The translations under genes and the position numbers were made by a program. From an uncultured Ruminococcus sp. (lineage in GTDB: Bacteria > Bacillota > Clostridia > Oscillospirales > Acutalibacteraceae), in NCBI GenBank assembly GCA_902772955.1, contig CACYCV010000161.1:9561-41560 (forward strand): a DNA stretch of 32,000 nucleotides, written 5' to 3'. The notes below the pieces were generated by a model. The model was not told where the DNA came from, did not search any database, and saw only the letters and a program-made list of their open reading frames with translations. The first letter of the stretch is position 1, and each line of letters begins with the position of its first letter. This document shows positions 17,431-25,997 of this stretch, one piece after another.

Positions 17431-17684
17431 GACAATGCGCCCTCGATATAGCTGATAACATCTCCGACGGTCTGGAATTCGTTCATGGAAACGCCGGAGA
17501 AGCGGATCTGAAATTCCTCTTCTGTGGCAATAATCAGATAAAGCATATTGACTGAGGTCAGTCCCAGGTCATATTGCAGGTTGGTTTGTTCATCAATCGT
17601 TTCGATGATGTCACCGCTGCGCTCATCCATAGAATAGAGAATTCCTTTTAAGCGTTCCAGTATTTCTTTTTTACTCATTGACAT
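17427..17684 (-). CDS. Stand-alone acyl carrier protein
   Basis: 85 aa. The phosphopantetheine-site context is DLGLTSVNMLYLIIATEEEF (compare DLGLDSLD...EEEF). It overlaps both neighbours (ATGA with the LRAT gene). The alternative start at ATG 17678 forms ATGAGTAA with the stop of the upstream adenylase gene (17671-19182). Confidence 0.8.
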   Translation of the reverse strand: MSMSKKEILERLKGILYSMDERSGDIIETIDEQTNLQYDLGLTSVNMLYLIIATEEEFQIRFSGVSMNEFQTVGDVISYIEGALS

Positions 17685-19182
17685 TTTTGTATCTCACAAT
17701 CTTTAGACTTGGTGTTCTTTCAAAATCCTTCTCACGGATTACCATCCTGCTGACCTGTTGAAAGGACGGAAGACCGGCATTGATTTTCTGGCATTCCTGG
17801 AGAACATAGGCATTAACATCCACGGTTCCCAGTTTGGCAGCCTCTGATGCCCGCAGAACAATTTCCAGGGCAAGAAAGCGATTGCCCTTTTCATCCTGAT
17901 CCTCAAAGACCTGGGTATCCTGGATAATGGGCAGGGCGTTGAATTTGGCTTCCAGCTCTGCCGGAGAAATATTTTCGCCGCTGGGGAGAACAATTACTTC
18001 CTTGATTCTGCCGGTGATATAGAGAAAACCCTCTTCGTCCATACGCACCAGATCGCCGGTTTTGAACCAGCCGTCTTCATAGGCATCCGTTTCATCTGTG
18101 CCTACATAACCATCCATCATGTTCTTACCTTTCAGCCACAGTTCTCCGTCTACAATGCGGTATTCCATTTCCGGATAGATCAGTCCGACAGAATCCGGTT
18201 TATTCAGGAATTCCGGATTGCCGGAAACCAGGTTAGCCGATTCCGTCAGGCCATAACCAGGATACAGGTCGATACCATATTGCTGATATTCTTTTGTCAA
18301 ATAAGGCGGTACACTGGCTGCTCCGCAAATAATGGTATGCAAGCTGTTGCCTAACATCATTTTGCCAAACTTTTTGGAAAGTGCCAGTGTCATTTCTGCC
18401 AGTGCAGGCACCATGATCATGATAGTCGGCTGAAAGACGGCGGCATCACGGAACATATCCTTGTTATCGCGGCAAATCTTTAACGTGCTCCCGGTGTAAA
18501 GTGACGCCATCAGATTGCGGATCAGACCAAACACATGAAACAGGGGCAGAACCAGAAGATATCGCTGACCAAAGGATTTCGGAAGGCCGAGACAGCTATT
18601 GATCGAACCCTGCATAACTGCCGTATGGGAAAGAAGGGCACCTTTGGGACGTCCTGTTGTCCCGCCTGTCATCATGATGACGCACTCGTCCTTTCCCTCA
18701 CACGGTACCGACGGGGTTGCTTCCGATGCGGTTGTTTCCGGGAGAATAACCGGAAAAGCGGGATTCATCTTTTGCAGCAGATTTCCTTTTTCGGCATGAT
18801 CTGTAATCAGCATGGAAAATCTCAGCATCTGACTCAGCCCGAATAATTCTTTCTCCTGCAAATGAGGCGGCAGAATCACGGCAGTACATCCCAGTGTTAC
18901 CGTGGCAAGAAACGCTTTGACCAGATCATAGCAATTGGGCATGCACAAGGCAATGCGTGTTTTTTCCACTCCCTGTTCTTTCAGAACGGTTCTGAAGCAG
19001 GCAACGTCCTGTGACAGGGTTTGATAAGAATATTGCTTGTCCAGATCTTCGATGGCAATTCTGTCACTGTACTCTTTGGACCTTGCCTCCCACATATCCG
19101 TCAAAGACGGATAATGAATGATTTTTTGAAAGGTTTCCTCGCCGGTAAAACGACGGTAAAGTTCCAAGGTATCTGCTATCAT
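17671..19182 (-). CDS. Adenylate-forming enzyme, long-chain fatty-acid ligase-like (ANL superfamily)
   Basis: 503 aa. Canonical motifs are present: TGGTTGRPKG, GYGLTE, FKTGD and GRIKEVIVLPSGENISPAELE. An AGGAGG RBS lies upstream. Confidence 0.85.
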   Translation of the reverse strand: MIADTLELYRRFTGEETFQKIIHYPSLTDMWEARSKEYSDRIAIEDLDKQYSYQTLSQDVACFRTVLKEQGVEKTRIALCMPNCYDLVKAFLATVTLGCTAVILPPHLQEKELFGLSQMLRFSMLITDHAEKGNLLQKMNPAFPVILPETTASEATPSVPCEGKDECVIMMTGGTTGRPKGALLSHTAVMQGSINSCLGLPKSFGQRYLLVLPLFHVFGLIRNLMASLYTGSTLKICRDNKDMFRDAAVFQPTIMIMVPALAEMTLALSKKFGKMMLGNSLHTIICGAASVPPYLTKEYQQYGIDLYPGYGLTESANLVSGNPEFLNKPDSVGLIYPEMEYRIVDGELWLKGKNMMDGYVGTDETDAYEDGWFKTGDLVRMDEEGFLYITGRIKEVIVLPSGENISPAELEAKFNALPIIQDTQVFEDQDEKGNRFLALEIVLRASEAAKLGTVDVNAYVLQECQKINAGLPSFQQVSRMVIREKDFERTPSLKIVRYKNVNE

Positions 19183-19199
19183 TTGAATAGTCCTCCTGT

Positions 19200-19844
19200 T
19201 TAAAGTTTTTTGGCATATTCTTCAAGTATGGTTTCCTTTTCCTGAAGCTCCTTCGTAATGGCTTGTATTTTGGCAAATGACGGTCTTCCCCCACTGGCGG
19301 CGACAATATCCACCGGTTCTCCGATTACCGCTTTCAAACGGGAATACCAATGCTTCCGGGGCTTGATATACATCGGCACAATTGGACACCTGCTCTGGAT
19401 AGACATCAGAATCATACCGGATTTGAACTGACTCATTTCGTCCCGGTAGATATGTCCCTCCGGAAAAATCGTTACCATTTTTCCCTCTTTCAGGGTGTCA
19501 GTAATAGTGCGGAAGGAGTCGATGCTGACATTATCGGCATGAATGGGGATCATACAGCCGGCTGCACGAAAAAGAGGGGCTGCCCGGGATTCCATCAGCG
19601 TATGATGGCAGACAAAATATTGCCGACGGTACCAGACGGAATACATGGTGTGCAGGGGATCAAAAAAGCTGGTATGATTGGCTATCAGAAGAGTACCGCC
19701 CCGGATTTTTTTGCGGGCTTCCCTGGAAATAAAGCGTATTTTAGGTCGGAGCCAGATAAAACCAGGGAACCATCCGGTAATGCGGACAAAATCCATCAGA
19801 AAGCATCTGAGAGAAAATAATTTAGCCTTTTGAGGTTTGTTCAT
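19200..19844 (-). CDS. PlsC/LPLAT-family acyltransferase (copy 2)
   Basis: 214 aa. The HX4D motif is NHTSFFD. FPEGHI and PIVPMY are also present. It overlaps the upstream paralog by 23 nt. Confidence 0.8.
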   Translation of the reverse strand: MNKPQKAKLFSLRCFLMDFVRITGWFPGFIWLRPKIRFISREARKKIRGGTLLIANHTSFFDPLHTMYSVWYRRQYFVCHHTLMESRAAPLFRAAGCMIPIHADNVSIDSFRTITDTLKEGKMVTIFPEGHIYRDEMSQFKSGMILMSIQSRCPIVPMYIKPRKHWYSRLKAVIGEPVDIVAASGGRPSFAKIQAITKELQEKETILEEYAKKL

Positions 19845-20463
19845 GTAACTGACGCTCCAATCGGATGATTTTTTCCCGCAGGGCAGCAGAGATTTTTTCG
19901 AGATTTTCTTTTTCTGTCAGGGAATCGTCTACATAGTCTCTTGCATACACTGGCGTACCAATGATAACCCTTGCTCGTTTTTTACAGAAATAGGCGCCGT
20001 TGGTATAAACCGGAATGATCGGTATATTGTTCATCAGACTCAGATAGGCCGTTCCCGGTTTGAACGGAAGGGGCCTTTCTTCTCCATTTTTGGGAAGACG
20101 TCCCTCCGGAAAAATCTGAACGACGCCGTGCTTTTCAAGTACGGACTGTGATTTTCCCATAAATCCGAACTGCATACTGTCCCGGTCCACCCGGATTCCT
20201 CCCATCATTCTGAGAAAAAGACCTAACAGCTTTTTTCGGAAAAGCACCTCTGCCATTTGTGTTCTCAGAGTCCGGAAGAAAAAAACAAATAAAAAAACAG
20301 CATAATCCCACACAGATGTGTGGTTTGATATCAGAATGGCCGGCCCATTGATGTGACGACTCTGAATTTTTTTGTCTTCATAATAGACCTTTGTACGAAA
20401 AACCGCCTTCTGAACAGGGTAACCGGTTATCTTGACAAAGGCATTCCAAAGCTGAATCAACAT
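19822..20463 (-). CDS. PlsC/LPLAT-family acyltransferase (copy 1)
   Basis: 213 aa. The HX4D motif is NHTSVWD. FPEGRL and PIIPVY are also present. The start overlaps the upstream stop (ATGTTGA). Confidence 0.8.
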   Translation of the reverse strand: MLIQLWNAFVKITGYPVQKAVFRTKVYYEDKKIQSRHINGPAILISNHTSVWDYAVFLFVFFFRTLRTQMAEVLFRKKLLGLFLRMMGGIRVDRDSMQFGFMGKSQSVLEKHGVVQIFPEGRLPKNGEERPLPFKPGTAYLSLMNNIPIIPVYTNGAYFCKKRARVIIGTPVYARDYVDDSLTEKENLEKISAALREKIIRLERQLHEQTSKG

Positions 20464-22394
20464 GATTTTGAATTTTCCTTCATGTATTGATAGAATTCCT
20501 CGGCGGTGCGCAGCGTCTGATCATCCTGCCGGAGAAAGGAAACGCCATAGTCCTCCTGAAGTCTGGCGGTAAGTGCCATATAATCCAGACTGGTGCCTCC
20601 CAGATCCAGAAAAAAGTCCGTTTCCGGTGATATTTCACTGAGATCCTTTTCCAGCACTGCCGCCATCATTTGCCGGAGGGTTCGCATCAGCTCGTCCTCT
20701 TCCTCCCTGTCGGCAGCGGAATCGGGCGTTACCTGACGCAGCTTGCCCGCCGCATAATCCTCACGCAGGCGCTTGCGGTTGAGCTTAAATTCATCTCCCA
20801 GCATCAGCTTATCTGAGATATAAACAATCCTGCCCAACTGACCTGTCAGATGAAGCTCTGTCAGCTTATCCTTTAATCGGCTATCCAGCTGTTCCAGCTG
20901 GCTTCCCTCGCAATAACGATTGACCGATACCAACAGCACAGGGGTATCCTTGCTGGGGATGATGCAGACGCCGTTTGTTCCTTCGATACTAAGCTGAGGC
21001 TCGTACAAATTGGGATTGAGATTTTCTCCGTTGGAGGAGACAATCAGATCATCTGTCCGGCCAAGAATACGGTATTCCCCCCTGACGCATTCTGCGAGAT
21101 CATGGGTATTAAACCATTTTTCAGGATCGGTCATGGTTTTTTGGCCGTTTTCAATGATATAGCGGGCGACAACCTTTCCCCTCACCAACAATTCACCGTC
21201 ATCATTGATAGAATATTCGGCATAGGTCATTGGTTTCCCGACAAAGCAGGCATTCAGAATTTTGGGCCGGTTGGAAAGCTCCACGGAGGTAATGCCGATT
21301 TCTGTCATGCCGTAGCCGTCAGCCAACCGGTAGCCGATAGCATTAAAAAACTCCATGACTTCCGGACGAATGGCGCTGCCGCCGGTAATCAGGATACAGA
21401 TACTTTCACCGAAAAGATTCTCTCTGACCTCCTTGAAGGCAGTCCGTGAAAACAGGTGACTCAATGCGGTCATGCCGGATAGCTTCCGCGAGAGTTTCAT
21501 TCCCTTTTGAAATTTCCGATAAGTTTTTTGTCCCCTTCCCCTGATGGTTTTGATTGCCTGGTCATAAACCGTTTCCCAGAACAGAGGGACAGCAAAGATA
21601 TGCGTTACTTTATGTCGTTTAATCGTATTGACAATGGTCTGTGGGGTCATATCATTGAGATGCACAAAGGTTCTTGAGAAAAATGCAAACCAGATGTACA
21701 TGGCAATCAGACCGAATACATGATAGAATGGCAAAAAAGTCAGCAACTTCAGATATCCGTCATAATGACGCTTGAACAAAGAGCATTTTTGGATAAGGTG
21801 ATAGCTGTCATGAATCTGACACCGGAACTCCTTGGCGGAATAGGCACAGATTTTGATATGATCGGAGGTACCGGAGGACATCACCAGGATTTCTTCTCCG
21901 AATTTCCGGGGCTTCCATGGGGGTTCTGTTTTGACAAGCTCCTTAGTGTCAATAGTAGGAAAAGAATAGCTCCTTTGATCGGACAAAACGGCACAAGCAT
22001 GACTATCCTTCAGAGCTTGCTCCAATACGTCATCACTCAGACGAAGGTTCATCAGCAGCGGACACCAGCCGCAAAGGAGAATAGCCCAAAATAACTCAAT
22101 CCACAAAAGGGAATTCTCCATACTCAGACCGACGACCGCATTATCCGGCAGGTCAAGCCGCTGTTTCAGTGTGGCTGCCAGTAAATAGATTTCCTCCTTG
22201 GCTTCTCCATAGGTGGTAATCTGCATCCGGTAGCCTTCGCTTTTTTCATACATCCGGTTTTCTGATTCACTGAACATTAATTCAAACAGAGATGAAAAAT
22301 CCGGTTCTGACTGATCCAACAGTTGTAGCTTAGCTTCCACAAAGCGATTAATGGTTTTATGAGTTCCTAAGCCGAGATTTTTCTGTTTTTTCAC
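20457..22394 (-). CDS. Divergent adenylate-forming enzyme fused to a C-terminal PCP-type carrier domain (A-T didomain)
   Basis: 645 aa with a GTG start and an AGAGGAAGGAAG RBS. ANL motifs GYGMTE, NTHD and GRTDDLIVSSNGENLNP are present. The P-loop-like motif is degenerate (SSGTSDHIK). The C-terminal carrier motif is DFFLDLGGTSLDYMAL. Confidence 0.8.
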   Translation of the reverse strand: MKKQKNLGLGTHKTINRFVEAKLQLLDQSEPDFSSLFELMFSESENRMYEKSEGYRMQITTYGEAKEEIYLLAATLKQRLDLPDNAVVGLSMENSLLWIELFWAILLCGWCPLLMNLRLSDDVLEQALKDSHACAVLSDQRSYSFPTIDTKELVKTEPPWKPRKFGEEILVMSSGTSDHIKICAYSAKEFRCQIHDSYHLIQKCSLFKRHYDGYLKLLTFLPFYHVFGLIAMYIWFAFFSRTFVHLNDMTPQTIVNTIKRHKVTHIFAVPLFWETVYDQAIKTIRGRGQKTYRKFQKGMKLSRKLSGMTALSHLFSRTAFKEVRENLFGESICILITGGSAIRPEVMEFFNAIGYRLADGYGMTEIGITSVELSNRPKILNACFVGKPMTYAEYSINDDGELLVRGKVVARYIIENGQKTMTDPEKWFNTHDLAECVRGEYRILGRTDDLIVSSNGENLNPNLYEPQLSIEGTNGVCIIPSKDTPVLLVSVNRYCEGSQLEQLDSRLKDKLTELHLTGQLGRIVYISDKLMLGDEFKLNRKRLREDYAAGKLRQVTPDSAADREEEDELMRTLRQMMAAVLEKDLSEISPETDFFLDLGGTSLDYMALTARLQEDYGVSFLRQDDQTLRTAEEFYQYMKENSKSC

Positions 22395-22429
22395 CGTTTC
22401 TTCTTCCTTCCTCTTTTCACTAATGATAG

Positions 22430-22458
22430 ATTATACTACAAATAGCGACACGTTTCAA
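22430..22458 (-). promoter_or_regulatory. Sigma-A promoter of the lipid operon
   Basis: The minus strand has TTGAAA (22458-22453), a 17-nt spacer and TATAAT (22435-22430), about 35 nt upstream of the GTG start. Confidence 0.65.
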
Positions 22459-22502
22459 GTTTTTTGGGCGGTTTTTTCAAAGGAACTTTAAAGAAATAAG
22501 TA

Positions 22503-22531
22503 TTGACAAGCATAATCTGTCATGCTATAAT
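22503..22531 (+). promoter_or_regulatory. Sigma-A promoter of the trp operon
   Basis: TTGACA (22503-22508), a 17-nt spacer, then TATAAT (22526-22531), with TG at 22523-22524 (extended -10). Confidence 0.75.
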
Positions 22532-22537
22532 CATTGA

Positions 22538-22828
22538 AAATCGGATATATAAACCGATGATGCGGAGATAACGGCATGGATGCCTTTACAGAGAGCCTGT
22601 GGTGCTGAGAGTCAGGTAAGAAACACTATGTCAAATGGACCGCTGAGGGCGCAGCCAAAGGGGATTCTTCCCTCAGTATGCTGTGACGTTGCAGGCAGAC
22701 GTTACCTGCCGGGGATATGTTGGTATCTCGCAGAGGGCACGGGTTTTCCGTGAATGTAAGGTGGCACCGCGAATTTGTTGATTCGTCCTTAGCAGAATTC
22801 TGGATTCTGTTAAGGATTTTTTATTTTT
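22538..22828 (+). promoter_or_regulatory. T-box riboswitch leader, Trp-specific
   Basis: Stem I elements are present (AGAGAG...GGTGC...AGAG). The candidate specifier is UGG followed by A (22636-22639). The T-box sequence is AAGGTGGCACCGCG (22758-22771). The terminator is TCCTTAGCAGAAT/ATTCTGTTAAGGA (22786-22816) followed by TTTTTTATTTTT. It lies directly upstream of the trpE RBS. Confidence 0.85.
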
Positions 22829-22842
22829 AGGAGGCGTTTCGT

Positions 22843-24312
22843 ATGAAGATTTCCCCGTCGTTAGAAACTGTAAAGACAATTGCAGCATCCGGGCAGTATG
22901 ATGTCCTTCCCCTGAGCTGTGAGATCCTGTCGGATTTTACAACTCCTATTGAAACGATACGGATACTAAAAAAGGCATCCACCCATTGCTATCTGCTGGA
23001 ATCTGCGCAGGCCAATGAACGATGGGGACGCTATACCTTCCTGGGTTACGATCCGAAAATGGAAATTACCTGTATCAACGGCCGGATGAAAATGGGAGAC
23101 AAGGAGCTGCAGGTTGAAAATCCCACGGAGCATCTGAGAAGAATTCTGTCGGATTACAAAAGTCCCCGACTGGAATCCCTTCCTCCTTTTACCGGAGGCC
23201 TGGTAGGCTATTTTGCCTATGATTATCTTGGCTACAGTGAACCCTGTGTCCGCTGTCAGGTGGAGGACAGCGAGCGCTTCAAGGATGTAGACCTGATGCT
23301 GTTTGATAAAGTCATTGCCTTTGACCATGTCAGACAGAAGATAGTCCTGATGGTCAATATGAAGCTGAAAGGCGATGCGGAGGAGCATTACCGCAAGGCT
23401 TCTGAAGAGCTTCATCAACTGATCAGACTGTTGAAAACCGGAGAGAAAAAAGAGGAAAAACCGGGGCGTCTTGTGGGTGAGGTAACACCCCTGTTCCGGA
23501 AGGAAGAGTATTGTGCCATGGTCGCAAAAGCCAAGGAGCATATCCGAGAGGGAGATATTTTTCAGATTGTGCTGTCCAACCGGTTATCGGCACCTTTTGA
23601 GGGCAGTCTGCTGCACACCTATCGGGTTCTGCGCACCATCAACCCTTCGCCGTATATGTTCTATTTCTCGGGAACGGACGTGGAAGTAGCCGGAGCCTCT
23701 CCCGAAACCCTTGTTAAGCTGGAAAATGGAATTCTTCACACCTTCCCGCTGGCAGGTACCCGTCCCCGTGGAAAAACCGAGCAGGAGGATCTGGAGCTGG
23801 AGCGGGAATTACTGCAGGATGAAAAAGAGCTGGCAGAGCACAACATGCTGGTTGATCTGGGGCGAAATGACCTTGGAAAAATCAGTCGGTTCGGAACCGT
23901 TGTGCCGGAGAAGCTCCGTTCGGTGGAACGGTATTCTCATGTAATGCATATCGGTTCGACTGTACGGGGGGAAATCCGGGAGGACAAGGACGCGCTGGAT
24001 GCGATTGAAGCAGTGCTCCCTGCAGGAACGCTTTCCGGTGCGCCAAAGCTGAGAGCCTGTCAGCTGATAGGGGAACTGGAAAACAACAAGCGCGGGATTT
24101 ACGGCGGTGCCATTGGCTATATTGACTTTACGGGCAATATGGATACCTGCATCGCTATCCGCATCGCTTATAAGAAAAACGGTAAGGTGTTTGTCCGAAG
24201 CGGAGCCGGCATAGTAGCGGATTCCGATCCGGAAAAGGAGTTTGAGGAATGTCTGAATAAGGCACGTTCCTCCCTGAAAGCCCTGGAAATAGCACAGGAG
24301 GCAGATGTATGA
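22843..24312 (+). CDS. trpE: Anthranilate synthase component I
   Basis: 489 aa. Chorismate-binding family motifs are present (GTLSGAPKLRA, GIYGGAIGY). An AGGAGG RBS lies upstream. Confidence 0.92.
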   Translation: MKISPSLETVKTIAASGQYDVLPLSCEILSDFTTPIETIRILKKASTHCYLLESAQANERWGRYTFLGYDPKMEITCINGRMKMGDKELQVENPTEHLRRILSDYKSPRLESLPPFTGGLVGYFAYDYLGYSEPCVRCQVEDSERFKDVDLMLFDKVIAFDHVRQKIVLMVNMKLKGDAEEHYRKASEELHQLIRLLKTGEKKEEKPGRLVGEVTPLFRKEEYCAMVAKAKEHIREGDIFQIVLSNRLSAPFEGSLLHTYRVLRTINPSPYMFYFSGTDVEVAGASPETLVKLENGILHTFPLAGTRPRGKTEQEDLELERELLQDEKELAEHNMLVDLGRNDLGKISRFGTVVPEKLRSVERYSHVMHIGSTVRGEIREDKDALDAIEAVLPAGTLSGAPKLRACQLIGELENNKRGIYGGAIGYIDFTGNMDTCIAIRIAYKKNGKVFVRSGAGIVADSDPEKEFEECLNKARSSLKALEIAQEADV

Positions 24313-24878
24313 TTCTGTTAATTGATAATTATGATAGCTTTTCCTATAATCTGTATCAGTACGTCGGAGAGATCAATCCGGATATCAGAGTGATTCGCAA
24401 TGATGAAATGACCGTTTCGGAAATCCGCTCACTGCATCCCGAGAGAATCATTCTTTCTCCGGGACCGGGACGGCCGGAGGATGCGGGAATCATCATTGAT
24501 GCCGTAAAGGAATTGGCCAATGAAATTCCGATGCTGGGTGTGTGTCTGGGACATCAGGCTATCTGCGCTGCCTTCGGAATGAAGATTACCTATGCCGGAC
24601 AGCTGATGCACGGAAAGCAAAGTCTTGTTTCCTTTGACACGACCTGTCCTCTCTTTATGGACTGTCCGGAAAAAGCACCTGTTGCCCGTTACCACTCGCT
24701 GGCAGCGGATGCCTCTACCCTGCCGGATTGTCTGAAAATCACAGCAGTAACCGATGACGGTGAGATTATGGCGATACAGCATAAAACCTTTCCTGTTTTC
24801 GGTATTCAGTTTCACCCGGAATCCATTCTGACTCCCAACGGAAAAGAAATGCTGCTGCGCTTTATTAACGAAGGTTAA
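24309..24878 (+). CDS. trpG: Anthranilate synthase component II (glutamine amidotransferase)
   Basis: 189 aa. The class I GATase motifs GVCLGHQ and FHPES are present. The start forms an ATGA overlap with trpE. Confidence 0.9.
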   Translation: MILLIDNYDSFSYNLYQYVGEINPDIRVIRNDEMTVSEIRSLHPERIILSPGPGRPEDAGIIIDAVKELANEIPMLGVCLGHQAICAAFGMKITYAGQLMHGKQSLVSFDTTCPLFMDCPEKAPVARYHSLAADASTLPDCLKITAVTDDGEIMAIQHKTFPVFGIQFHPESILTPNGKEMLLRFINEG

Positions 24879-24965
24879 TCATTCAAATGCTGTTTCCGGG
24901 TATCAGTCAGATGAAAGATGACCGGAACGGAGTCAATACTCAATCACAGAAAGGAATGTTCAGAA

Positions 24966-25997
24966 ATGATCAAAGAAGCCATTGTCAAAATTGTCAGCAA
25001 GGAGGATCTGACCTATCAGGAAGCCTATGATGTCATGAATGAAATAATGGACGGAAAGACTACCTCCACTCAGAATGCCGCCTTTCTCGCGGCACTTTCT
25101 ACCAAAAGTGCCAAGGCAGAGACTACCGATGAAATAGCCGGGTGTGCTGCCGCCATGCGGGACCATGCCACAAAGGTGGAAACCGGTATGGATGTATTTG
25201 AAATTGTCGGCACAGGCGGAGATAACGCCCACAGCTTCAATATTTCCACAACATCTGCCCTTGTTGCGGCGGCCGGCGGTATGAAGGTTGCCAAACACGG
25301 CAACCGTGCAGCTTCCTCCAGCAGCGGCACAGCAGATTGTCTGGAGGCGCTGGGAGTCAATATCCAGCAGCATCCCCAGAAATGCGTGGAGCTGTTGAAG
25401 GAAGTCGGGATGTGCTTCTTCTTTGCCCAACTCTATCATTCCTCCATGAAATATGTGGGAGCGATTCGCAAAGAATTGGGATTCCGTACGGTTTTCAATA
25501 TTCTGGGACCTCTGACCAATCCTGCATCCCCTTCCATGCAGCTTTTGGGCGTATATGATGAGTATTTGGTAGAGCCCCTTGCAAGAGTACTGGTCAGTCT
25601 CGGTGTCCAGCGCGGCATGGTGGTTTACGGTATGGATAAGCTGGATGAAATTTCTCTGAGCGCTCCTACCAAAATCTGTGAAATCAAGGATGGATGGTAT
25701 AAATCCTATATGATCAAGCCGGAGGATTTTGGGTTTGAGCGCTGCCGGAAGGAGGATTTAAGGGGCGGTACTCCGGAAGAGAATGCCAGGATTACCCGCG
25801 ATATTCTTTCAGGACAGAAGGACCATAAGCGCAATGCGGTTCTGATGAACGCCGGGGCTGCATTGCTGATCGGAGGAAAAGCGGAAACATTGCAGGAGGG
25901 TATTGCATTGGCGGCTGATTTGATTGATTCCGGAAAGGCTCTTGCGGTATTGGACAAGCTGATCGAAGTGAGTAACCGTCCGGAGGTAGAAGCATGA
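24966..25997 (+). CDS. trpD: Anthranilate phosphoribosyltransferase
   Basis: The GTGGD motif is present ([16 protein letters not shown]), along with KHGNRA. The start was trimmed to ATG 24966, which matches the usual TrpD N-terminus. Confidence 0.9.
   Translation: MIKEAIVKIVSKEDLTYQEAYDVMNEIMDGKTTSTQNAAFLAALSTKSAKAETTDEIAGCAAAMRDHATKVETGMDVFEIVGTGGDNAHSFNISTTSALVAAAGGMKVAKHGNRAASSSSGTADCLEALGVNIQQHPQKCVELLKEVGMCFFFAQLYHSSMKYVGAIRKELGFRTVFNILGPLTNPASPSMQLLGVYDEYLVEPLARVLVSLGVQRGMVVYGMDKLDEISLSAPTKICEIKDGWYKSYMIKPEDFGFERCRKEDLRGGTPEENARITRDILSGQKDHKRNAVLMNAGAALLIGGKAETLQEGIALAADLIDSGKALAVLDKLIEVSNRPEVEA

Noticed and set aside
22673-22888. 71-aa minus-strand ORF
   Set aside because: It lies antisense inside the T-box leader and the trpE start.
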